Positions 40,411 through 53,328 of a stretch of DNA of 64,000 nt are shown piece after piece (within the stretch, counting starts at the first letter, position 1; each line of letters starts with the position of its first letter). This stretch comes from Raillietiella orientalis. Lineage: Eukaryota. The position numbers and the translations under genes were made by a program. The stretch spans positions 6,882,001-6,946,000 of the forward strand of contig JAYWIR010000001.1 in NCBI GenBank assembly GCA_036172245.1, read 5' to 3'. The notes under the pieces are model-generated. The model was not told the DNA's origin. It saw only the letters and a list, made by a program, of their open reading frames with translations, and made no database searches.

Positions 40411-43400
40411 ATCTGGGAAATTTGCAAGTGTGGAAGGCATTTTCGCCCTGCCCCCCTTCCCCCCTCCCTGCCCCCCGGATGTTCGCGGATGGTTTTCCTG
40501 TGCAACGATTCACGAAGCGTGGCTGAGAGTGTCTCGCTGAAGTGTTGCACCGTTTGTTTGGATGCATTCGTGCGCAGTGAATTCGCTTCCGTGTTGTGAA
40601 GCGACGTTATGATGCGAAGGGGTTTGTTGGCTGTTCGGTTTTCCAACGTTGGAATCCTCATGCCAAAGAATGGCCCTCGACGGAGAAGGGGGGAAAATGG
40701 GGCGAATAAAGAATTTTGTTCCCGCATGAATTTTCTTCCGTGGCTGGCGCCTGCCTCCCGGGAAAGGAAAGTGGAAAAGATGTTTTTACGGCAAGTGGTT
40801 CCCGCGCGTGGAATGCTTCCGGTAATCGTGTTTTTTTTCCTCTTGCGGACAGGCATGCACACCTCCAGAGCAGGGCTACGAAGTGGATGCTTTTGCGTAC
40901 CCTGGCTTTCGAGGTCGTGACGGCTTGGGTAAGGGAAGCGCGAGTTGGTGCACTTCCTCACTTTTCAGGTGGAGCATCGTGTAGCGCGGTGCTGGGGGTC
41001 AGCGTGGCCCTCGGCACGTTTGCTTCCGGTCGGCGGGCAGAGTTTTTGCTAGTGGACCGTGGCGGCGCACGACCACCGGAGGGTTGTCGGTTCGTGCGTG
41101 CCAAGAGGTGGACGAAAATTCCCGTTTCCTTCTGATCGGCAGAGGCCGCCGTGGATCGTGCGGTGCGTTCGTGCTGGCGGGTCACTGGCCGGACTGCTGC
41201 ACGTTTGAGATTCGCCGAATGGGTGGATGTGGCAGGTGGCCGCTGAGGAATGGAACTGTGTTGTGGGATCCGAATTGTGGGTCGGCCCGCTCTTGCGGTA
41301 CCGCGGTGGCGTGCATTCGGCTGCGGAGAGCCCCACGATTTCGCTCGATGGGGCTGCCTTGCAGCTGATGTTTCGACTGGTGGGATTGGTGGTTGCGTTT
41401 CCTTCATTCGCGGCAAGGAGAAAGGCGGTCTTGCAAAACGTCTTGGAGGGGCCCTTGCTCCATCGCGGCCGGTTTCATCAACTTCCTGTCCGCTAGCACC
41501 GGCCGTTTCCCCCCGCTTCGACGTGCGGATTGCGAGTAATTGGAGGACACGAGGAGGTGCTCCCGAGTTGCGTCGGCCCGAACCATTTTCCAGGGAGAAG
41601 AGCACGGCGATGGAGCGTTTGGAGTGTGGATCTTCGAGCGCTGGAGAAGGAAGAGATGGGTGGAATGCCGGCAACTTGCCCACTTGTCGCGGTGAGTTTG
41701 CTTGTGGTGGTGGGCAGTCGTTCGCAGGTTGGGTAGCGATCCGTGAGGCGCGGCAGCCGCACGTCGCTGGAGGCAGATGGGCGAAGTCGTGCTCGCGGTC
41801 GAAGCGTACCCCCGGGAAACGGATGCAGGGAAGAAGGCTGCTTTTGTGCGTGTGGGGAATCAGACTCGAGGGTCGTCGGTGAGTGCGCATCCAGGTTCTT
41901 CCCTTTCGACGTAGGGCGGCATCGACATCGCAGGGAGAGCGACCTGTTTGCTTTTCATGCAGGCAGGCGGTGCTTTTGGCTGCAGTTTCCTCACCAAATG
42001 AGGCGAATGCCTCACGCGAAAGCGATTCACTCAACCATTCTCGGAGCTAATCTGTTTCGCCCTCTCCTATCAATCACTTTTCTTACATCATACTCTTTTT
42101 AATCACTTTACACTGAAGCTGTGGAGTTTCTCTGAATACCTACTTCCTCCAACGAAGCTGCTTTTATGCGGTTCCATTCGAAAAGAAGCAACAGAGTTTA
42201 TACTAGAAACCAATAATAAACAACTTGTAATACCATCCTTTTTCTAATTCAAATGTGTGATGCACCAGTTGATAGAACCTGATCCAATGTCGTTTTTTTT
42301 CTAGCATTCAGTGTGCATTTTGTGTTGACAATCTCACAAGCATATAGTAGTTTCAAGTTTTTGCATTGAGAACATAGCTATATGGGGCTTCATATATATC
42401 TATGGAAAAAGCAATTAATTCTACAAGTTTTCTGAGCTGGTTAGAAAAGGAGAAACTAAAGTTCTGAGAATCATAGTTCTTTAGCAGGGCATCATGCAGT
42501 GGACCTGCATCAAAAAGATTCCACAGAAATTCTAGTTGCACTGCTTAAATTAGATTTATTATAAAATAAAGGTAAAATCCTGTTGGATGTTCTGAAAAGA
42601 ACTTGTACATGGCAAACTTGCATAACAATTTACAACTCAGTGTGGAACTTGTAACTCCAGGCAATATTTTTGAGCAGTGAGATAATGCACAACTATTGCT
42701 TAAGTTATGGAATGTCATAAGTTTCAATGAAAAAATCACTTATGTGGTTACTAAATATTTCTTATAGTATAGTTCCAAAATAGTTCTTTTTTTTTTTTAT
42801 ATATACAGCATTCATGAAAATTCCAATTATATAAATGCCTAATGCTGATAAATGTTGGCAAGAAGCATAGTAGATCCATGTAACCTCAACTTGAATATTT
42901 TTCCCGAAAATAATAATTGCTTTATAGTTTATTTACATTATGGACTGATGCATTATAGGACACATTCCCAAATACTCAAAGAATTGCAACTTTTAACATA
43001 AACTTGGTTGGAAACAAAAAACAGGTTTACATGAAAAAATGAGTTGGTAAGAAAGTAGTGGAAAATCTATGAGAATTACTTTGTGCCCCAATAATGTTTT
43101 GTAAATCACATTTAAAAATTAAGATAACAGAAACACCTGTGTTTCTATTCTAATGTGTTTGTGACCTTAAATTGCATTTTTCTATGTAGAAAATAGCTAG
43201 TTTTCAAAATAATTATTAGCTAGGAACTTTAGTTTCTTTATTTACTTACTACTTTCTCCTCCAATGAAAATAATTAAGCCTTATATTTTGATAAAAATAT
43301 GAAACAAACTATTAGTACAACAAAAGTTTTAATAATAAATCTAAAATCTCTGAATTCTCTCTGAATGCATACAAAATGCATCATAACAGTGCATCTGCAA

Positions 43401-43477
43401 GAACTCCAACACAACTCACAATGAACATTCTTAAATGTGTGTGCTAATGGAAAAGTCGCACATATCTAGTTGGCTAG

Positions 43478-43996
43478 CTATGTTTCACCGTGTTTTTCTA
43501 CAGATTCATATCTTTCTAATTTAGATTTTAGCTGCGCATTTTCTAACTCCAAGGTTTCCACTTTCTTTTTCAGATCTTCTAGTTCAATTTTCATATCAGT
43601 ATTCTCCAGACCGTCTTTCACAAGAACTAAATTATCTCTAACGTACATAAAAAGTTAACGAAAACTCATTCGATTGTTTTACGTTGAATTTGATCAAACA
43701 CAATACGTTCATTCACAAAGGATACTCCAATGCATCAGCAGGTCTTTCAGGCTGTTCATATAATGAAACCAAAACTTTTGTTAACATTTCTAACACCCCA
43801 GTTTTCTCCAGATACTTGCGAAATTCCTCTCGTTTCGCATTACCATACTAAAATGAAAACCACCCAATTGAACAGTATGCAAAACTGCGGTGACGAAAAT
43901 ATATATCTTTAGGAAAACACTGAGAAAACATTTTAAGGTGTCACTTTTGGATGTAATAAATTATCCCGCATTACTTACTCTTGGTGGTATTTCCAT
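43478..43996 (-). CDS. MYCBP: c-Myc-binding protein (AMY-1) homolog, 3 exons
   Basis: MEIPPR|YGNAKREEFRKYLEKTGVLEMLTKVLVSLYEQPERPADALE|...ELEDLKKKVETLELENAQLKSKLERYE...*, matching the MYCBP pattern KREQFRRYLEKSGVLDTLTKVLVALYEEPEKP plus a C-terminal coiled coil. Absent from the ORF track. Confidence 0.9.
43638..43725 (-). other. U12-type (minor spliceosome) intron in MYCBP
   Basis: 5' end reads GTATCCTTT (U12 consensus RTATCCTTT). TTCGTTAAC near the 3' end is one mismatch from the U12 branch consensus TTCCTTAAC. Confidence 0.8.
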
Positions 43997-45825
43997 TTCT
44001 ATTACTAAATCTCCGTGAATTATTAATTACCAGAAATATGCGAAGTCAAGTGAGAACTATGGGCTACGAACTAAAGCAATAGCTTTTGTCATTAAATGAA
44101 TGTACTTTATTAAAGATTTCACATCTAACTGAATAATGACAACTTAAGTATCAGCCTATTAACCACATCGCAGGGTTTACACGGAAATTGGCTAACGACG
44201 GTTCTCTTATTTTTCATGCGCACAACGCATTTCTCACGGTACACAAATCATGGTTACCGTAATCCCAGATGTGGCACCACAATGAGTTTGTTTTGTACTT
44301 TGAAAGAATACTTTCAAATCTCCTTGAATATTCTGAAATGCAACATCTCTGAATAAGGATAAAAATTTCCAGTGTTTCCTTTCCCACCGTGACGAAATGT
44401 AAAACGTAAAACGAAACTAAAGAAATACTTCTAGATGCCAGAATCAAAGACAAAATGCAAGTTGTGATGAAATAAATGATATAAAATCATAGGATTTAAT
44501 TTGCTTTTACTATGCATCACTTGAAATCCCTGGAAGTGAGATCTGATCGAAAAAAGGACCAAATCATTAGAAATATGATGGGATTTTTTTTGCTCATGAA
44601 AAATATGCCTTTCGATTTTCATCACGGAAAGCAATACTTTCTAAAGGAAACCTTCATAATTCGAAATACTGTTTAAAAATGGCAGTTGTTGAACAACTCA
44701 AGTCTCATTCCAGCCTCAGACCATTGCGCATGAAGGAGGTCAATGTTTTCATTAGGTGCTGGTCTGTTCATGGGTAAATAGATGTTTCCACACCAAAAAC
44801 AACTCATAACCACGTTATATGATTGGAGAAATGGAATTCTTCAATGTATCTTCCCGTATTGCTATCTACTATGTTTGCAAACATGATGATCTTAGACAGC
44901 TGTTCAGGAAAATAAAATTTCAAAACGGATGATCATTCCATCTTGGAATCATCAATAAGACAAATTTCTTTAGTAAAGAGTTTATGGATTCATGAATGAA
45001 AAAGGTTTTGTTGACACTTTGATCATTGCCTACCTTACCATTTAGTTATTATTTCCATTATACTTAAGTGTTTCAGCAATCTATTGTAAAAACTGACTTT
45101 AAAACTATTGAGTCTTTTACTATATTAAAGAAAATGAATACCCTATATTTTCGGTACCTTTATTGCAGTAGTTGTTTCTAGCTCTTTCGCCTCGTTTTCT
45201 GTTTTCAGTCATCATTTTTTCGTCAATTCAGACCTCACTTTAAACAAATTTAAAACATGTTTAAAATGAGATTAACATATTTAAAATATGTTTAAAATGA
45301 GATCTGAATCAAAACTCAAAACTGTTTGTGCTTTTTGTCGAATTTTCCTGAACGCTATTCCCTTGTTTCCTTGTTGCTGATTATGCTTTGACTTGCTACT
45401 TTCTGACTTCCGGAAAATGTGATCTTAATGATGGGTACATAATCGAATTAGACGTGTCACTTAAGCTGCCTCATCTGCTTACGTTTCTTTGTGGAGATGA
45501 CGAAGTCGGACTCTTGGTACAGCACTTTAACCGATTGAGAAGATTCAGACTGGTCGCTATCCTTTAAGAATATGTAGATGTGGAAGTCATATTATATTTG
45601 ATCATTAGAATTGCATCTATTGGTTTTGAGCATTAACGTGTGTGATTAGTAGCAACCAACGTAAGTTACAATCAAGTAAATTCCTAAGCGCGAACAAAAA
45701 CAACGCACTTGGCATACAAAGGAAAATGCGGAAGCGGTGCCCCACGATTCGCTGATTTGAATTTTCAAAGGCAGACTTAATTGCATGACGCTGGGATAGA
45801 ATTCTCATGAAACAAAAAGGTGGTC

Positions 45826-48468
45826 ATGGAGAATTCACATAGCAGTAATTATGAAGGAGGTACAAAACATGATGATTCTTGCAAACAACCTTTGCAAGAT
45901 GAAGTTCCAGGTTAAGATATAATCACTTATGATCTAATTATGGCACATGTTTCATAATTTTAACTTGTCATTGGAGCATGCACATGATGTTTGAACTGTA
46001 TGTTGGTTTATATTAATGACTGCAATATCGTAGCATACGGATTCATGTCTTTTTTTTTTTTTATCATTTTATCAGATAGGAACGCAGAATTTCTCAAAGT
46101 TAAGGTGAATTACTGGTTTATGACTATGTGCAATTTAGGCACATTGTGTTTTAGGCACTAACCTTTACGTTAAAGTGATTTATCTAGAGGTTGATTTTGT
46201 GCACTTTCAGGTGCAGTGTTTACTTTCGGAAAGAGTGGCTTTGCCAATGGTGCAGTAGGAAAATTTTGGATCAGAGATGACTCCATTTTAAAGCTATCGT
46301 GTGGAGATACGCATACATTAATTCTAACTGGTATTTTGGTACAACACTGTAAAATCTAGTAATCTATATCCTTATTCACTTCTAGCATTAGGAAAGGTGT
46401 ATGGTTTTGGAAGAAATGACTGGGGTCAGCTAGGTCTGGGACGTGCCTTCCTTCAGCAAAAGCCCATTCGCATTAAAAGTAAATCTCTTGAGCCTAATTG
46501 TTGCATTGTAAAATTGCATAATTAGCTTAATTGTGGTTTACTCACTTGACATGTTAACAATATACATGTACCAGTGGAACTGAATCAAGTTTTAAAGGCC
46601 ACTAACAATTCAAGGAACCAAACGCTTGTTACAAAAAGTTATTTTTGCATTGATTCCTTGCATTTAATTACTTTTCTTGATAAGAGTTTTATTTGAGAAA
46701 AAAGTGCCAAACTGTATAGATCCTTCCAGATAATTAAGTGTTTGTGTGCATGCTTGATTCAATACTTTATCATAATTTTAGCATTGAAAACTTACAAGAT
46801 TGTGCATATTGCATGTGGTCGGCATCACAGCATTGTGTTAACAGGTAATGCTCAGCCAATTGAGTTTTTATCATAAACTGATTGTAGATAAAAATCATGT
46901 TTATACCTTTGGAAGCAATGCTGAAGGCCAACTTGGAAAGGAAGAGCAGAACAGTCAGAATTCTCTGTTCAATCCATTGCCACAAGTGTGGTTTTCAAAT
47001 TACATTTTAACCACTGTAGCTGCAGGAGCAGATTACTGCATGGCTTTGACGGGTAACACTGAACAATTTCATGTAATACACAAATCATTTCATCAGATTC
47101 AGGGCTTGTGTTTGCTTGGGGAAGCAATGCAGAAGGGCAGTTAGGATTAGAAGCAGACAGATATAATCAGCCTACATTAGTCTTACTACCAGACAAGATG
47201 AAAGCTGTTGCATGTGGCTATTATCATACTATTCTTGTTAGCTGTAAGAATGTACTGCTGGCATCACCTTTGCACCAGTGCACCTTTTCTTAAGGCATGA
47301 ATGTTAGTCAAAATTCGAATTTCCTGAATTTGATTTCCAGATTCTGGTCTGGTGTACAGTTTTGGTGATGAAGAGGGTGGTAAGTTAGGAAGAGACACAT
47401 CTGTGATTGCACGAAATGTTCCATCAGTTGTATCTGTGAGAGAGTCGATTGTAGCAGCAGCATGTGGTAGTTGTCATTCCTTGTTGCTGGCAGGTGGTTA
47501 TGGTAGATTGTGTTCTTTTTCTGCATTTCATTGCTTTTAGATAATGGTTCTGTGTATGCATGTGGGAGTGGTGAAGAGGGGCAGTTAGGCTTGGGTATGG
47601 AGTTTCTACACTGTTCAACATTCACATTAATTCAGCACCTAAAATGTGAGCACATTACACAGATCAGCTGTGGACATTCCTATTCTGCAGCTGTGGCTGG
47701 TGAGCAGTAACTTTATGTGCTTCTGTAAAGTAGTTAGATTCTGGAAAGCTATATGTATTTGGTCATGGTCATCATGGTGAGCTAGGTCTCCCTCAAGTAA
47801 AAATGGTGCATGCTCCTACTGCAGTGAATTGCCTTGATGCTTATTTTGTTCAACAGGTAGTGCATCAGTGTGTACAATGCAATGCACAATGTATGTGATT
47901 AAAGGTAGCTTGTGGTGGGTGTCATATGATTGTTCTGGCTGTGCCCCATAAAGAAAAGCAATCTACATACGTGGATTGGGAACCTCGAATACGCCGGAGA
48001 CTGACAAAAGAGGTTGTCAATCAATTCATTACAGTTCTGCGGATCCACAGGTTTATAGGGGTCACAAGAAGAAAGCCACAGAATGCTTGCTATGCTGCCT
48101 CCATTGTACATTAAGGAATCTGTAAATAGTCCTGTTGAACAGCAGTATCAGAACGACTGTTCAGAAATTCCACAAGCAGCTATAGATAGCTTTAGCCATA
48201 ATAGCAGTAATGAGGATATTAGTGAGGAAGTCAGCATTGCTGTTCCCAGCATTACTAGAAGTAAGTTATGAGTGTGTATTTCACAGTCATCAATTAAATA
48301 TAGGGTCAAAATTGAAGCAGATTTGGGCAAAATTCAAAAGAAAAGGAAAACCAACAACTTTGAGCCAGAAGGTATGTTCAAATGGAACACAGCATCCAAG
48401 CAAGGTGAGGCATCATGCAGAGAAAAAGGTTAACCCTTTTATACTTCCAGGCTTGTATAATCCTTTAG
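45826..48468 (+). CDS. RPGR: Retinitis pigmentosa GTPase regulator-like RCC1-repeat protein with C-terminal CAAX
   Basis: GAVFTFGKSGFANGAVGKFWIRDD..LSCGDTH matches the RPGR N-terminus. Multiple RCC1 repeats (FGSNAEGQLG, AWGSNAEGQLG, ACGYYH, ACGGCHM). Spliced end HPSK|ACIIL* resembles the RPGR prenylation end SKSCTIL. Confidence 0.85.
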
Positions 48469-49479
48469 ATGCTCGATGTTGCTAATTTATTATTATAAAT
48501 TATGATGAAGACTTTTTTTCAAGATATTCATAATTAATCAGACGGCAGCCTTGTATTATTTGGGCAACTTCATTTGTAATATGGCAAGAAAAGAGCAACA
48601 AATTTCGTGGTTGAACTTTGATTGCAAAACGCATAAATAATGCAGAATAGATACATAATGCTGAAAGACATTTTCATAATCAGTTACTTTAAAAATTATT
48701 TTTCATCTTACCCAAAGTCATTTTCCCACTTATAATAGAAGGATCTTTATTCAGATCTGAGATAGCTGCTAGTGGGATACCCCAGTTTGCCACAGGGCCC
48801 CAGAAATGGGTGCTATTATGTACAGGAGTGCATCGTAATTTTAATATAAAGAAAAATACCTCATTAAATAACTTCGAAATTCTTTGCTTCGTAGTTGCTT
48901 CACGCCTTGTGTAATTAAATTCATATTGGCAGCTATTTAATTGGAAGGTGAAGAAAATTTACAAAACTTCTGAATCAAAACAGAAAATAAGTAATACTTG
49001 CTCTTAACACAGTTTGCATGGGTAAGTTAAAGTTCAATAATTTACGATAAGTACATACAAATGCGAAACTCAAACACTGATATAAATACAAGTTTAGATT
49101 AATGCCTTCGACTACGGATGCAACGTGAGCTCTGAGGTTGTCTTTCCCGGACATCCACACGTCGTTCACCTTGAAGAGATACGCCTTTAGGAGGGGAGCT
49201 TTTGGCAGCATTTTTTTTTTTTTGCTTTCTTTCATTTTCCAGGTTTCTTCGCTGGAATTACTCTAAGCAACCGCTCTTTTTGAAACAACTTTTTCTAATT
49301 CGATAAGGTGGATTACTACTGAGATGGACAAATAAGAATGTGATCGGGGATTGCCCTTATTAAAATAAAAAACCATGAACATTAATGCAATCATGCACAA
49401 TCCTACACATCTTGATGGGAATTTACACAAGAATTACATAGTGATGGGATTCGTTCGGTAGAAAGTTATAACTTTAAAA

Positions 49480-49757
49480 GTGGATATTTCACGGGCACGC
49501 TTACCGCAGATCCGAAGGACAAGAAAGCTATGCGTACGACCCTTTCATAGCATGCAAGTGCGTTTTATCCTGGGGCATGATCTTGCCCGTGTTGACCACG
49601 GGTACTTCAAGGGTTCGATGGAGACATTCGTAGAACGTGAGTGTGGATTTTGCATGCTGTGCTTCTGTTCGATATGCAGAACGAGCAGTTTTTTGCCTTC
49701 CCCACGACGGGGCACGAATTCCTCTGCAGACGCAGCTTCCCCTCTGCTCCTCGCGTG
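49480..49757 (-). pseudogene. Possible decayed fragment of a UBLCP1-like CTD phosphatase
   Basis: After a tttcag acceptor: RRGEGKKLLVLHIEQ (cf. PREGKKLLVLDVD) then VSIEPLKYPWS (cf. IDVKPLGVIWG). DxD motif lost, in-frame stop, large apparent deletion. Could be chance. Confidence 0.3.
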
Positions 49758-52700
49758 CTGAAAGGAAAAATTGGACGGTGATTGATGATGTGTTATAGAT
49801 TCGTGTTTCCGGGTTTTATATGTTCAAAGTCATCATTTAGAGGGTCGAGGAAAACCATTTTATTCGTGCTCCATTGAAATCTTCACGAAGAACCGTTCTC
49901 AAAACCATTTCAAAAATGCATACTGCTGCTGTTTCCAAGTTTGAATTTTTAAAATGATCAGCATGAGAATATAGGGTAAAAAAAAGAAAAAAGAAAACGT
50001 GCTTCACTTCAAAATTCCTTTGACTGTTTTGATTAAAAACAATTCATATTCCAAATGAGGAAGTATTTTAAGACATATTTCCTCCTCTTACATCTTGTGC
50101 AGTGATTCTGAATGGGTCAATCCCGAGCTGTTTTCTTCTTTGTTGGGTACAAATTGTGAATATATGTACAACTGGATGACTATCGGGAATTCTGATGCCA
50201 TGAGGGACTTGAATCATTCTATGATAGGAAGCCTCACGCTGTTTCGGAATGATTAATAAAACTACTAATTTGGGATAACAGCAATGCACATCAGTTTATC
50301 TTTGACTTTTTGCGTCCCGTACTTCTATTTATTTGGTATTTACCAAGACACAATTCTCTAAAACTGATGGAAATTACAGTAGTGTTTGATTTGAGATGGA
50401 GGAAGGATATCTGTATGAAAGTAAACAAGCAGAGATACTTGAAAGAGTGTTCAAAATAATAATAAAAAAAAAAGTATTCTCTAAATTAGTATAAATTTAG
50501 ATCTTTGATTACACAGACGGGATATTAAAGTTCTGATTAATTTAATGTTGTCTATGGCATTTGGGACTAATATCATTCACGTGAGTCACTGAGTGAATGA
50601 GAAATCTATTCTATGAATCCAAACCAATGGGCACGATTGAATTTATAAGACATTTCTATGCAAGAAAAGGACACTTTCCTCTTCTCTTTCGAATTAATTA
50701 AGAAAAAAAAAATAGACTGCAATTTCTCAGAAAATTGAAATTCCATCTTATAGGATGATTGTTCTGAATACGTGAACAACAAATAATATTTCTACTCCAG
50801 AAGATTCATAATGTGTAACTAATGAAATGCCACAAGCTAACTTTTCAATGACCAATCATCAAAGTGTGCATGTTTAATCCTTATATTCCAAAAGAAAAAA
50901 CGGAAAACCATCAGAAATCATCTTTCGTGATTGAGTTTTCATCGTCTTCATAAAAGTATTTGGAAATCCATCACAATTTGTAGCCGCCTGATGCTGGAAA
51001 GACGTGAATTTTAGTTTCATATCACATCATATGATTTGTATCATAAAACTATGAACGTTAGAATTGTGGAAAACAAAGATTGGCTCAGGTAGCCAAACAT
51101 GCCATTTCAGGATAGGAAGAGAAAAGAGAATACTGCTTTTAAAATAGAAAAGAAATAAATACTGCGTTCAAAATAAATTTTAAAACAGAATACTCTTTTA
51201 AAATAGAAATATTTCTAAAATCTCTTCCATTTTCGTTTGACATTGTTTTCATCATCGCGATCTTCATTGAATTCTTTATAGATGTTTTTGTTGCAAGTAT
51301 ACATCGCCAAATAAACATCAACCCAAACTTCCAAACTAATAAACCATCCCTTACCCAATCACATCCTCCAATAAACATTAAAGTAAAATATATAACTATC
51401 AAACTTACTCTCCAGAAAAATCCAACTTAATCCATCGAGCATGTAAATTAAAAATTCCACGTTCAGGTACATTATAGAAAAATATAAATAATATTCTTTA
51501 ACTTGAAGCACATTTTTGCCTTTATATTTCCTTCTTTTCCTTAACATTCATTAAAAGTTTGAGGAATGACTGATAATTTTCACGCGATAGATGTTTTTTA
51601 TATTAGACCTGCGTTTGCATTGGATCTTCAATCCATTCAGACAGTTGCACACTTAAAACTTCCTGTAATGAAGTTAGAGTTTTTTTTCCGGAACTCGCCG
51701 TTAGTTTTTAAGAATCCTTCCTTTATTCCTAAGCACAGCTCTTTTCATAAAACTCAACTCAACTCCAAGAGAACATACGCCCTTAAAACTGCTATCTCCA
51801 TCTTGGCTTAACATTAATACGTTTCTCTCCAAAACAAGAAAAGAGGAGCTGTAAATAAAAAATTAGGACTGCATTAGGTAATCTGATTTCATTTTTGGTT
51901 TTCAGCTGATTCGATTTCAGAGCAGGCAGAACGGTTCGAATCTGAACATTGATCTGAACAAGTCACTGATTTATTTGGATCCTTCTGAAGAACAACCGAA
52001 ACCATGCAATGGAACATAGATTAAGTCTCAGAAGCTAACTTCATTTCATTCTGCAGTCACAGTGCACCATAGTGGACTTTGGTTTCTTTCCGGTTCTTAC
52101 GAGATGAGCACCCTGGTGCATATACCATCGTCGTTGAAATCTACCGTCAACTGGGAACATGCAAGTTCTCAAAAGCTCCGTCTTGTATTAAGGGAAACGG
52201 CAAAAGACATTTTGAATCTCATTTTTTGATATCTTTCATGTTTCTAAGCTTTGCATTGTCAGCAAAAAATCTCTTTTCGCCCACCCGAGCTCTGTCCCTG
52301 AGCAACACAAAGACCTCGTACACGAAAAGGACAAGAAAGAAACTGCCGTTTGGTATTTATTATAAAGAACCTCGTTGCCAAGAAGAAAAAAGGTGAACTG
52401 AACGTCTGCTGCAAAATAGGAAATGGGTATCGACCACTCTTGTCGCCTGTATTGAAACACTGAAACTCTCTCGGATTGTGCTCAGAGGTTTTCGTTTCGA
52501 GACGTTCGGACTTCTCTGTGGGATTCGTCGAGGATTCGCAAGCTGACTGTACGGAGGCAGCTCCGCCATCACCCAGTCAAGACGGGGCAAGTGATTTAAA
52601 CGCAAGCAATGAGATCGTCGATCTTTACATCAATGTCATAAACAGAATTATAAAAGCACTCTGTGCACTCTGATTTTTTGCGTTTCCTCCTGATTTCCTT

Positions 52701-53328
52701 GATCAACCAACTTGAATGAGGACTCAGCGCCAACCTGGTGATCCCCAGGCATGTTTTTTTCTCGATCAAATGCACTTCGAATTTAGACCTTTCTACCTAA
52801 GATTCCATTATGAAGGCCGTCCACTTATCACCCTCCGCTACTTGTCCCGATAGAAAACTGGCTTGGATGGATCGTTTCGAGTACGTTCCTGGATTACTCT
52901 GAAGGAAGTCTGGAACATCGCTTCTGAGACGAGCATTCCGTCTTGCTACCGGTGCACCAGGAAATGAATCTTTCAGTGACCCTGGCACGACGGAGCATGA
53001 CAGACGCTTATTTCTCTTGCAGATCCTCATGAATGATTTGCTATGTATTGAGTGGATTTGTTGAGCACGTATTTATTTTTTATTTTTTTTCTCCAGCCCT
53101 GCCAGCACCGTGGTTGTATTATTCAGGATGCGTCAGAGGTTCGTGCATCAACTGCGTGCCTCAGCCTTCCGTTAGGAAAATTTTTAGCTCTATAAAACTG
53201 GTGGATGGAGCAAAAGAGTCGCCACTGGACGCCGTGAGAAACTGGCTAAACTGTTCTCTCGGTTTCTGTACGATACATTCTGCAGCTGTGATGGAGATCT
53301 AACCAGCATTGAGGAGGAAGCTCCTGAA

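Larger units (their letters stand above)
34838..42029 (+). repeat. Right arm of ~7 kb inverted repeat (palindrome arm 2)
   Basis: Reverse complement of 5897..12901 plus 188 extra nt (35339-35526). Abrupt AT-rich to GC-rich transitions at both edges. Confidence 0.97.

Noticed and set aside
41999-42029. Hairpins TGAGGC-GAAT-GCCTCA and CGC-GAAA-GCG at the outer arm end, suggesting a Helitron 3' terminus and gene capture
   Set aside because: No CTRR end, no Rep/helicase, and homology decays past the boundary instead of ending cleanly.
5897-42029. Arms as terminal inverted repeats of a giant transposon (Maverick/Polinton-like)
   Set aside because: The spacer holds ordinary intron-containing host genes; no polB, integrase, capsid or transposase was seen, and there is no target-site duplication.
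44000-45825. RFX X-box in the divergent MYCBP/RPGR promoter region
   Set aside because: Only half-site matches (e.g. gtttcc near 45365); insufficient support.
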